From Armatimonadetes bacterium UBA5419 (GTDB lineage Bacteria > Armatimonadota > UBA10988), in contig DHNJ01000274.1 in assembly GCA_002409445.1 (NCBI GenBank), forward strand, positions 9,758 to 59,668: a DNA stretch of 49,911 nt, read 5' to 3'. Below, one piece after another: positions 21,144 to 28,743 of this stretch. Position 1 is the first letter of the stretch. Every line of letters begins with the position of its first letter. A program made the position numbers and the translations under genes. Below the pieces are notes generated by a model. That model worked only from the letters and a program-made list of their open reading frames with translations, did not search any database and was not told where the DNA came from.

Positions 21144-22105
21144 AGGTCGTCATCCTCGGCGTCGGCGGCCATCTGCGCAGCGATTGCGTCAAACGGCTCG
21201 GGTAGCGGGTCGTGGCACATGCCGCAGTAGTCGGGCTGGTGGCAGTTGAGGCAGGTGTAGGAAAACTCGGCCGCCTCCGTGCCGTGCTCCATGACGTACT
21301 CCTCGGCATGCGGGTAGTCAATCGCGTGGCACTGGTTGCAGAACTCCTGCTGGTCGTGGCAGGTGTAGCAAGTGTCTTCCTTGCCCCGTGCATCGTCGCC
21401 ATGGCCTAAGCGGAAGTCCTTGCGCGCATGGTTCTCAGGCTGCGGCACGTTGCGCCCATGGCAGCCAATGCACAGCGCGCTCTGTGACCGTCGCAAGAGA
21501 TTACGCTGCTCGGTGCCGTGGAACTGGTGGCACATCGAGCACGCCAGAGACCCCTCGTACAGCGGGTGGTGCAGCCCCTGCGCCGCGCGCTCATCGAGGT
21601 CGTCGTGGCAGGGCGAACAGTCCTTGCCCACCTCGGTCTTGAGCAACTGCGTCCGCTCCACCGGCCGATGGACCTCGTGGCATTCGGTGCAACCCAACAG
21701 CTCCGAGTGGTCGCGGTCGAACCACAGACCTTCCTCGATACCCAGGTCCTCGTGGCAGGGCAAGCAGATGGTCGCGCGCTCCTGCACCTCGAGGTCGGCC
21801 CAGGCGACGATCGCCTTGCGGTCGGGCCCGACATGCAGTTCGCCGGGTCCGTGGCAGCCTTCGCAGCCACGTAGGTTGGCCGGCACGGGTGGCTCGGACA
21901 TCAGCTCGCTGTGCTCGACCGAAGCCCATAGCTGCGCGTAAGTATGGTGGCAGGTCATGCACATCGGCGTGCCGATGTAGGCCGCCTCCTCTTGCCCAGG
22001 ACCACGCACCGGACCAGACGGGCCCGCCTGGCCGGTCGCGCTCAGGGCGAAGGCCACGACCGCGAGCAAAGCGAAGACTATTGTGGGGACGCGTTTGAAT
22101 ACCAT
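21140..22105 (-). CDS. multiheme cytochrome c with 11 CxxCH motifs
   Basis: The ORF track gives 21140..22384. The ATG at 22105 yields MVFKRVPTIVFALLAVVAFALSATGQA (signal or anchor). Motifs: CMTCH, CEGCH, CLPCH, CTECH, CSPCH, CSMCH, CIGCH, CYTCH, CNQCH, CLNCH, CGMCH. Confidence 0.85.
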   Translation of the reverse strand: MVFKRVPTIVFALLAVVAFALSATGQAGPSGPVRGPGQEEAAYIGTPMCMTCHHTYAQLWASVEHSELMSEPPVPANLRGCEGCHGPGELHVGPDRKAIVAWADLEVQERATICLPCHEDLGIEEGLWFDRDHSELLGCTECHEVHRPVERTQLLKTEVGKDCSPCHDDLDERAAQGLHHPLYEGSLACSMCHQFHGTEQRNLLRRSQSALCIGCHGRNVPQPENHARKDFRLGHGDDARGKEDTCYTCHDQQEFCNQCHAIDYPHAEEYVMEHGTEAAEFSYTCLNCHQPDYCGMCHDPLPEPFDAIAAQMAADAEDDDL

Positions 22106-22220
22106 CTCGCTGTGGCGAGTATGCAATGCTTCTGCCGCATCCGGACACGCGGGTATACTATCCACAGGGCTTGGCACCGAGTCGTCGCGCGGTGGCTCCC
22201 TACGACCAGGAGAGGGTTCC

Positions 22221-23513
22221 ATGTTGAGTGTGACTCGGCTGCTGTGCGGTACGACCAGCGCCAACGACGCGCTGCGATACGGGCGGAAAGCGGGCAAGAT
22301 GCCTGCCCACCTGCTGCACTTCAGCCGGGACAAGAAACCCGTGGTGGTCTGGAACTGTACCCGCACTTGTAACCTGCGGTGCATCCACTGCTACGCCAGC
22401 TCGCACAACGAGCACTACCCCGGCGAGCTCACCACTGACGAAGGCCGTGCGCTGATCGACGATCTGGCGCAGTTCGGCTCGCCCGTCGTGCTCTTCTCTG
22501 GCGGTGAGCCGCTGATGCGACCCGACCTCTTTGAGCTGGCCGCGCACGCCAAGGACCGCGGCCGCCGCGCCGTGCTCTCGACCAATGGCACGCTGATCGA
22601 CGACAGCACCGCCGACCGCATCGCCGAGGCCGGCTTCTCGTACGTCGGCATCAGCCTCGACGGTCTTGAGGGTGTGCACGACAAGGTCCGTGGCGTGAAG
22701 GGCTCGTTCGAGGCCGCCGTCGAAGGTATCCGCCGCTGCCGCCAGCGTGGCATCCGCGTCGGCCTGCGCTATACCGTGCACAAGCTCAACCTAGAGGAGC
22801 TGCCGGGGATCTTCGACCTGCTTGAGAGCGAGGACATCCCGCGCTGTTGCTTCTACCACCTGGCCTATGCCGGACGAGGCGACAAACTGCAACGGTTCGA
22901 CCTTACCCATGATGAGACCCGCGGCGCGATCGACTACGTCTTCGACCGTACCTTAGACTTCCACCAGCGTGGGCTGGACAAGGAAATCCTGACCGTCGAC
23001 AACCACACCGACAACGCCTACCTCTACCTGCGCCTGCTCCGCGATCAGCCCGAGCGCGCGGACGAAGTCTACCGGCTGCTGGCATGGAACGGTGGCAACC
23101 AGTCCGGCATCGCCATCGGCTGCGTCGACAACCTGGGCCACGTCCACCCTGACCAGTTCTCTTGGCATGTCGACCTGGGCAATGTCCGTGAGCGCCCGTT
23201 CTCCGAGATTTGGAGCGACACCAGCCATCCGCTGATGGCTCTGATGAAGGAGAAGCCGCGCAAGATCGGCGGCAAGTGCAGCCGCTGTCGCTTCTTCGAG
23301 ATCTGCAACGGTAACCTGCGTGTCCGTGCGCACAGTAAGTACGATGACTGGCGCGCGGAGGACCCCGCCTGCTACCTGACCGAGGAAGAGATCGACATCA
23401 ACCTGCCGGTGCCGGATATGAAGGTGCTCGACGCGGTTGACGATGATGCGGCCGCGGCGGATGCCGCGCTGGCTGGCGAGATGGTCGCTGGCGGAGGCGA
23501 GTGCGGACCATGA
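22221..23513 (+). CDS. radical SAM/SPASM protein of the NirJ/AhbC family (candidate Fe-coproporphyrin III synthase AhbC)
   Basis: The ORF track gives 22083..23513. An AGGAGAGGG RBS favours the ATG at 22221. PVVVWNCTRTCNLRCIHCY contains the CxxxCxxC cluster. SGGEPLMRPDLFEL, FYHLAYAGRG and GCVDNLGHVHPDQF are present. The SPASM tail is GKCSRCRFFEICNGNLRVRAH..EDPACYL. By eye these blocks resemble NirJ. Confidence 0.65.
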   Translation: MLSVTRLLCGTTSANDALRYGRKAGKMPAHLLHFSRDKKPVVVWNCTRTCNLRCIHCYASSHNEHYPGELTTDEGRALIDDLAQFGSPVVLFSGGEPLMRPDLFELAAHAKDRGRRAVLSTNGTLIDDSTADRIAEAGFSYVGISLDGLEGVHDKVRGVKGSFEAAVEGIRRCRQRGIRVGLRYTVHKLNLEELPGIFDLLESEDIPRCCFYHLAYAGRGDKLQRFDLTHDETRGAIDYVFDRTLDFHQRGLDKEILTVDNHTDNAYLYLRLLRDQPERADEVYRLLAWNGGNQSGIAIGCVDNLGHVHPDQFSWHVDLGNVRERPFSEIWSDTSHPLMALMKEKPRKIGGKCSRCRFFEICNGNLRVRAHSKYDDWRAEDPACYLTEEEIDINLPVPDMKVLDAVDDDAAAADAALAGEMVAGGGECGP

Positions 23514-24670
23514 GCGGACACCCCGGGGGCCACCCCACCCACCTCAGCGGCCAAGCCGCTGCCGAGCGCCACGGCCACGACGTGAACATGATGCGCGTCG
23601 ACTTCAACCAGGCGCCGTTCACCGTCGTCTGGGAGTTGACCCGTGCCTGTGTCCTGCGCTGTGTCCACTGCCGCGCGGTGGCTCAGCGCACGCGCCACCC
23701 GCAGGAGCTGACCACCGACGAGGGCCGCGACCTGCTCGCGACAATCAAGTCGTTCGGCAACCCGATCCTGGTGCTCACCGGAGGCGACCCGCTGATGCGC
23801 CCGGACCTGACCGAGCTGATCCGCTACGCGGTCCATGACCTCGGCCTGCGCGCCTCGCTGACACCGTCGAGTACGCCGTTGGTGACCAAGGAGCGACTGA
23901 CCGAGGTCAAGGAGGCCGGCATCAAGCGCCTGGCGATGAGCCTGGACGGGGCGACGGCCGATGTCCACGACGCCTTCCGCGGCTTCAGCGGCTCGTTCGA
24001 GCGGACGATGCGCATCCTCGCCGACCTGCGCGAGATCGACCTGCCGTTCCAGCTGAACACGACGGTAACCAACACCAACGTCGACACCCTGCCCGAGATC
24101 ATGGAGCACGTGCGGGCCAGCGGCGCGGTGCAGTGGAGCGTCTTCTTCCTCGTGCCGACCGGCCGGGCCAACGTCGATCAGATGGTCTCGCCCGAACGGC
24201 ACGAGGAGCTGATGCATTGGTTGGCCGAGCTGAGCGAGAAGGCGGTCTTTGACATCAAGTCGACCGCCGCGCCGTTCTACCGCCGCGTGGCGATCGAACG
24301 CCGCCGCGCCGCGGCCGGTGGCGGGCCGGTGACCTTCGCCGGCGCGGGCTTCCGCTACGAGGACGGCCTCGATCGGCCCGTGCAGGGCGTCAACGATGGC
24401 AAGGGCTTCGTGTTTGTCAGCCATATCGGCGAGGTCTACCCGAACGGCTTCCTGCCGGTCAGCGCGGGCAACGTGCGGACCGAGAGCCTGGTCGACATCT
24501 ACCGCGACAGCCAGCTGTTCCGCGACCTACGCAACCCGGACAAGCTCTGGGGCAAGTGCGGCCGCTGCGAGTACCGCGATGTCTGTGGCGGCAGCCGCGC
24601 CCGCGCCTACGGCGTGACCGGCGACATGTTCGCCGACGATCCCGCCTGCGTCTACCAGCCGGCCGACTAG
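23510..24670 (+). CDS. radical SAM/SPASM protein of the NirJ2/AhbD family (candidate heme b synthase)
   Basis: The ATG at 23510 overlaps the upstream stop as ATGA. Blocks present: APFTVVWELTRACVLRCVHCRA, LTGGDPLMRPDL, FQLNTTVT, FFLVPTGRA and GKCGRCEYRDVCGGSRARAYG..DDPACVYQP. Confidence 0.6.
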   Translation: MSGHPGGHPTHLSGQAAAERHGHDVNMMRVDFNQAPFTVVWELTRACVLRCVHCRAVAQRTRHPQELTTDEGRDLLATIKSFGNPILVLTGGDPLMRPDLTELIRYAVHDLGLRASLTPSSTPLVTKERLTEVKEAGIKRLAMSLDGATADVHDAFRGFSGSFERTMRILADLREIDLPFQLNTTVTNTNVDTLPEIMEHVRASGAVQWSVFFLVPTGRANVDQMVSPERHEELMHWLAELSEKAVFDIKSTAAPFYRRVAIERRRAAAGGGPVTFAGAGFRYEDGLDRPVQGVNDGKGFVFVSHIGEVYPNGFLPVSAGNVRTESLVDIYRDSQLFRDLRNPDKLWGKCGRCEYRDVCGGSRARAYGVTGDMFADDPACVYQPAD

Positions 24671-24724
24671 GCGGAGGGTTTCGCCCAGCGCCGCCGAATC
24701 ACCCGTCCCCAAGGAGTGCGGGTG

Positions 24725-25768
24725 ATGGCGGAACTGCGCGTTGGCATCGTGGGCATGGGCATCGGGCGTGACAACGCCCTGGCAATCGCACGCAACCCGC
24801 GCGGCCGTGTGACCGCGCTGTGCGATCTCAACGAGGCGCGCCTGCCCGGCGTCGCGGCCGAACTGCCGAGCCAGCCCAAACTGTTTGCCGACTACAAGAA
24901 GATGTGTGCCGATCCGGAGGTCGACGCCGTCTTCGTCGGTACGCCGAACCAGTTGCATGTACCCGTCGCACTCGAAGCGGTGCGCCAGGGCAAGCACGTC
25001 ATGGTTACCAAGCCGCTGAGCGACGCCCTGGCGCCCGCGCGGCGCCTGGTCGCCGCGCAAGAAGAGGCCGGCGTCGTGGGCATGATGTCGCTATCGACGC
25101 GCTTCGACAACGGCGCACAGTACCTCGGTCGGCGCCGGGCGGAGGGCTTCTTCGGCAGCATCTACTGGGCCAAGGCGATCAGCGTCCGCCGCTCAGGTAT
25201 TCCCGACTGGAACCTCGGCTTCATCGAGGCCGGCGGCGGCGCCATGCGCGACATGGGCGTCCACGTGCTCGACTGCGCCTGGTGGATCATGGGCTGTCCG
25301 CCGCCGGTTAGCGTCTCGGGCGTGGCCGCTGCCAACTTCGGCCCGCGCGGTCAGGGGTACTGGGACTTCCGCCAACCACCCGAACGGTTCTGGAGCAAGT
25401 ACGACAGCGATGACTTCGGCGGCGGTTTCGTCCGCTTCGCCGACGGCCAGGGCCTGCAGCTCGAGAGCCACTGGGCCAGCCACATGCCGACGACCTTCAA
25501 CCTCGAGCTGTTCGGCACCGAGGCCGGCGCGACGATGTCGCCCCTGCGCCTCTACCGCACGGTTGATGGCGCGCCGCAGGACCTCTCGGTCAACCTGCCG
25601 CCCGGCCCCAACGCCTGGGACAACATCGCCGCGCACTTCATCGCCTGCTGCCTGGACGGCATCCCCTGCGAGGCGCCGCTGCGTCACGGGATGGTGGTCC
25701 AAGAGATGCTCGAAGCCCTGCTCAAGAGCGCCCAGACCGGCCGCGAAGTGCGGGTCAAGGGCGAGTAG
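24725..25768 (+). CDS. Gfo/Idh/MocA-family NAD(P)-dependent oxidoreductase
   Basis: The Rossmann N-terminus LRVGIVGMGIGRDNA and the VMVTKPL block are present. An AAGGAG RBS lies 8 nt before the ATG at 24725. The ORF track start is 24716. Confidence 0.8.
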   Translation: MAELRVGIVGMGIGRDNALAIARNPRGRVTALCDLNEARLPGVAAELPSQPKLFADYKKMCADPEVDAVFVGTPNQLHVPVALEAVRQGKHVMVTKPLSDALAPARRLVAAQEEAGVVGMMSLSTRFDNGAQYLGRRRAEGFFGSIYWAKAISVRRSGIPDWNLGFIEAGGGAMRDMGVHVLDCAWWIMGCPPPVSVSGVAAANFGPRGQGYWDFRQPPERFWSKYDSDDFGGGFVRFADGQGLQLESHWASHMPTTFNLELFGTEAGATMSPLRLYRTVDGAPQDLSVNLPPGPNAWDNIAAHFIACCLDGIPCEAPLRHGMVVQEMLEALLKSAQTGREVRVKGE

Positions 25769-25786
25769 CCAAGAACCACGGGAGTC

Positions 25787-26590
25787 ATGACCATGAAGAT
25801 CGGGTTCATCGCCGAGAACGACCTGGCTCGGCTCGAAGCGGACGCGCGTTTCTGCGCTGACCAGGGCCTCAACGGCCTGGAGTTCAACCACTGGGGCGGG
25901 TTCAGCGAGTTGACCGTCGAGTACATCGAGGCCGCTCGTGCCGTGCTCGACAAGTATCGAATCGAGTGTTCCAGCCTCGGCCTCTGGGGCTGGAACCACA
26001 CCTCGACCGACGAGGCTGAGCGCGCCGCCGCCCTCGCCCAGTTCGACCGGCTTGTCGACTTTGGCGGCCGGCTCGGCGCCAAGGTCCTGATCACCGGCGG
26101 CGGCAACCGGCCCGGCGCGGGCCTGGCGGCCAATGTCGATGCCTTCGAGCAGTACATCGCGCCATACCTGCCGCGGATCAGCGCTGGTGGCCACAAGCTC
26201 GCGCTCTATGCCGTCCATGGCAACACCTTCACCGACAGCCCCGAGGCCTACACGGCCCTCTGGCAGCGGTTCCCCGAGGTGGGTATCAAGTGCGACCCGG
26301 CGAACCTCCACCACGCGGGCTGGGACTACATCGAGTTCCTCTGGCGCCACGGCGGCCGCATCACCCACATGCACATCAAGGAGCACCTCTACCACGCGGG
26401 CGCCTTGATCGCCCAGCCCGCCGCGGGCATGGGCAGCATCCACTGGGGCCAGGTCTTTTGCTTCCTCCACGAGCACTGCTACCAGGGTTATCTGGTGATC
26501 GAGCCGCACGGCGAGCGCTGGACCCGCGACGACCTGCGCTACCGCGGTGTGACGCTGAGCACCCGCTACATCGAGCAGTTCCTGACCTAG
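25787..26590 (+). CDS. sugar phosphate isomerase/epimerase (xylose-isomerase-like TIM barrel)
   Basis: 267 aa. The HMHIKEH and LVIEPHGE metal-ligand blocks and the overall pattern are typical of AP_endonuc_2-type TIM barrels, which are often paired with Gfo/Idh/MocA genes. Confidence 0.6.
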   Translation: MTMKIGFIAENDLARLEADARFCADQGLNGLEFNHWGGFSELTVEYIEAARAVLDKYRIECSSLGLWGWNHTSTDEAERAAALAQFDRLVDFGGRLGAKVLITGGGNRPGAGLAANVDAFEQYIAPYLPRISAGGHKLALYAVHGNTFTDSPEAYTALWQRFPEVGIKCDPANLHHAGWDYIEFLWRHGGRITHMHIKEHLYHAGALIAQPAAGMGSIHWGQVFCFLHEHCYQGYLVIEPHGERWTRDDLRYRGVTLSTRYIEQFLT

Positions 26591-26612
26591 CCGCCGGCGC
26601 AATCTCGGCCCC

Positions 26613-26641
26613 TTGACAGCCGCTGCCCACGCCGCCACAAT
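26613..26641 (+). promoter_or_regulatory. near-consensus sigma-70 promoter (TTGACA-17 nt-CACAAT)
   Basis: TTGACA at 26613-26618, a 17-nt spacer, and CACAAT at 26636-26641, 37 nt upstream of the ATG at 26678. Confidence 0.6.
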
Positions 26642-26644
26642 AAG

Positions 26645-26658
26645 CAAACATATGTTTG
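26645..26658. promoter_or_regulatory. perfect 14-bp palindrome CAAACATATGTTTG (Cheo/LexA-box-like operator) over the predicted +1
   Basis: AAAC-ATAT-GTTT differs from the Gram-positive-type SOS box core GAAC-N4-GTTC only at the outer position of each half-site. It starts 4 nt after the -10 and is an AT-rich island in GC-rich DNA. Confidence 0.5.
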
Positions 26659-26677
26659 TGTTTAGTGGAGGGGAGCG

Positions 26678-27874
26678 ATGAAGCGGACGGTGCTGCATGT
26701 CGAGCTGCCGGGGGTGCATGTGGCGGCGGTGCGCGAGCTGGATCTGGTCCGCGCAGGGGAGCCGGTGGTGGTCATCTCCGGGGGGCGGGTGCTGGATGTC
26801 GAGGGGTTGGATGGGGTCCATCGGGGGCAGGCGGTGCTGCGCGCGCGGCGGGTGGCGCCGGGAGTCGAGTTTATCCCGGCGGGGGTCTTGGCGGGGGCCG
26901 AGACCTACCGCGCGGCGTGGGACGAGCTGTTGACGATGGGTCCGAGCGTCGAGCCGACGGCCTGGCATGCGGGCTATGTCGAGGTCACCGGCTGTCTGCC
27001 GCGGCGCGGGGTCAAGGCGCACCTGGCCGCGTTGGGTCGACGGCTTGAAGCGGTCACCAGCCAGCCGCCGGCCCAGGGGCTGAGCGTGAACAAACTGATC
27101 GCCCGCCACGCGTCGCCCGCCGGCCAGGTGGTCGGCGCACGTGAGGCACTCGGCTTCCTCCATCGCCAGCGGCTGCGGCCCTCGGTCCTGATCGATAAGC
27201 GCGTCATCGCCTTGCTCGACGAACTGGGCTGCCGCCGCTGGGGCCAGGTCAGCGAGGTGCCGGAGCCGCGGCTGCGGGCGCTGTTTGGCCTGCGCGGCTC
27301 GGTGCTCGCGCGCTGGGCGGCGGGCGATGATCCGCGGCCGGTCAAGCCCCGCTACCCGCCGCCGATCGAGACTGCGGGGGTCATCTTGGGGCCCGAGGAA
27401 CGTGAGGCCTGGCTGAACCACTGCCAGCAGCTGGCCGCAACGTTGGCCGCGCGGCTGGTGCGGCGGGGCGAGCTGACCACCGAGATCATCTTGACCCTAG
27501 CCCTCCGCCCCTGCCAAGCTTCGGCCTGGCGCCGCGACGTCTGGCGCACGTTTCGCCGCCGGCTGGCGCGCGGGGTAAACGGGGCCGAACGGCTGACGCA
27601 AATCGTCCTGGGGCTGCTGCCGGCCGATCTCGACCCGCTGAACATCGACGAGATCCGCATCACGCTGCGCGGGCTGCGCTCCGCGGGGGCGGTGCAAGGC
27701 ACCCTCTTCCGCGACGCCCGCGAGGAGCGTGACCACCTGCTGGATAGCGCCTTCGCCCGCGTGCGGGCGCGCTACGGGTTACTAGGCTTAGCCTATGCGC
27801 CGGAGGTCAGCGACACAGGGCCGCGGCTGGCTGAGACGGTGTTGGAGATGGACGGAGTCGCCGCCCTGGCTTAG
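26678..27874 (+). CDS. Y-family DNA polymerase homolog lacking the catalytic carboxylates (ImuB-like)
   Basis: VLHVELPGVHVAAVRE aligns by eye to DinB ILHVDMDAFYASVE, and TAWHAGYVEVT aligns to LSLDEAYLDVT. Under that alignment D8/D103/E104 become E/H/A. An HhH-like region follows (IALLDELGCRRWGQVSEVPEPRLRALFG). Confidence 0.55.
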   Translation: MKRTVLHVELPGVHVAAVRELDLVRAGEPVVVISGGRVLDVEGLDGVHRGQAVLRARRVAPGVEFIPAGVLAGAETYRAAWDELLTMGPSVEPTAWHAGYVEVTGCLPRRGVKAHLAALGRRLEAVTSQPPAQGLSVNKLIARHASPAGQVVGAREALGFLHRQRLRPSVLIDKRVIALLDELGCRRWGQVSEVPEPRLRALFGLRGSVLARWAAGDDPRPVKPRYPPPIETAGVILGPEEREAWLNHCQQLAATLAARLVRRGELTTEIILTLALRPCQASAWRRDVWRTFRRRLARGVNGAERLTQIVLGLLPADLDPLNIDEIRITLRGLRSAGAVQGTLFRDAREERDHLLDSAFARVRARYGLLGLAYAPEVSDTGPRLAETVLEMDGVAALA

Positions 27875-28581
27875 TCCTCGGGCGGCACGCGGGGCAGATC
27901 GCCGGCGGCTGCGGGCGGATCCGTCGCGGCGGGGCGGGCTGCGGGCGGCGCCGGGGCGTCGGCCGTGACCGATGTACCACAGGCGTGGCAGAACCGCGCG
28001 CCGGCATGCAGCGCCGCGCCGCAGCTAGCGCAGAACCCGCCGCCAGCCGCCGGGGCAGGCGCAGGCGGCGTCTGGTCGCGGTCGCGCGCGCCGCGCATGG
28101 CCTCGATGTCCTCGTCGATCTCGACCTCACGACGGGTCGAGACACGCTGCCGCGGGCCCTCGTACTCCTCGTCGAGCCGGCCGTGTTGGTTGACGTACCA
28201 CTCGACGTAATCGAGCACGCGCTCGGGCAGCTTGAGCTGCTGGTAGATGCCGTAGCCGGTCGCCGCGCCGGCGCCGATGGCGATCAGCGGGTTGATCAGG
28301 CGCAGGCCCACCGCCGCCGCGGCGCCAACACCCTTGTCGAGCCATTCGCCGGTGCTCACATCAACGCGGAACCCACGCGCCAGCGGTGTCAGCCGAACGT
28401 TGACCGCCTGCGAGTTGAAGGACAGCTTGGTGACCAGGTTCTCCTTCTTGGCCTGCAAGAAGATCGTCGCGCCCTCGATGAAATCCTGGACCTCGAACCC
28501 GTCCTGCACGAACCAATCGATGACACCATCGGCCAGGTCGTCCAGATCGAGATCGACGTTGCGGTACACACGTTCGGGCAT
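27871..28581 (-). CDS. hypothetical protein with a Gly/Ala-rich hydrophobic segment and a C-terminal zinc ribbon
   Basis: 236 aa. It has the segment GVGAAAAVGLRLINPLIAIGAGAATGYG and the zinc-ribbon motif CASCGAALHAGARFCHACG, followed by a Pro/Ala tail. The N-terminal domain of about 110 aa is not recognised. Confidence 0.5.
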   Translation of the reverse strand: MPERVYRNVDLDLDDLADGVIDWFVQDGFEVQDFIEGATIFLQAKKENLVTKLSFNSQAVNVRLTPLARGFRVDVSTGEWLDKGVGAAAAVGLRLINPLIAIGAGAATGYGIYQQLKLPERVLDYVEWYVNQHGRLDEEYEGPRQRVSTRREVEIDEDIEAMRGARDRDQTPPAPAPAAGGGFCASCGAALHAGARFCHACGTSVTADAPAPPAARPAATDPPAAAGDLPRVPPED

Positions 28582-28670
28582 CGTCTGCTCCCTTAGTCAC
28601 GCTAAGCCACGCCGTGCGCGCGGCCCCTATTGCCTAGGATAGTGTCGTCCGGCCAGCGACGCAAGCGGAA

Positions 28671-28699
28671 TTGACAGGCCGGGGCCCGGCGGCTAGACT
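28671..28699 (+). promoter_or_regulatory. sigma-70-type promoter for tatA (TTGACA-17 nt-TAGACT)
   Basis: TTGACA at 28671-28676, a 17-nt spacer, and TAGACT at 28694-28699. A GGTGGGAG RBS precedes the ATG at 28744. Confidence 0.6.
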
Positions 28700-28743
28700 G
28701 GGAGCACGGTCGACGCGTGTGAAACGACCGGTGGGAGCGCACT

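Noticed and set aside
18135-22105. Alternative complex III, an Nrf/Otr/HAO enzyme, or an MtrCAB conduit
   Set aside because: There is no ActB/ActC-type molybdopterin-fold or polysulfide-reductase-type subunit. There is no CxxCK or HAO-type catalytic heme context. No beta-barrel porin gene is present. Only generic multiheme and cytochrome b-like subunits are present.
23372-24424. 350-aa minus-strand ORF. Similar long antisense ORFs are 33055..34266, 45465..46685, 41941..42711, 43794..44903, 47812..48660 and 37413..38348
   Set aside because: All lie opposite well-supported genes and have shadow-frame composition, with no start context and no motifs.
22221-24670. Interpreting the radical SAM pair as heme d1 (NirJ) biosynthesis for a cd1 nitrite reductase
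   Set aside because: No nirS, nirF, nirE or nirDLGH genes are in the window. A tandem NirJ1/NirJ2-type pair next to c-type cytochromes fits the Ahb route better. A whole-genome check is still needed.
25193-27421. 742-aa minus-strand ORF spanning the Gfo/Idh/MocA, TIM-barrel and ImuB-like genes
   Set aside because: Its composition is Arg/Ala/Gly/Pro-rich and low-complexity, typical of an antisense shadow frame in GC-rich DNA. It crosses two intergenic regions, including a clear promoter and operator. The plus-strand genes have recognisable motifs and RBSs.
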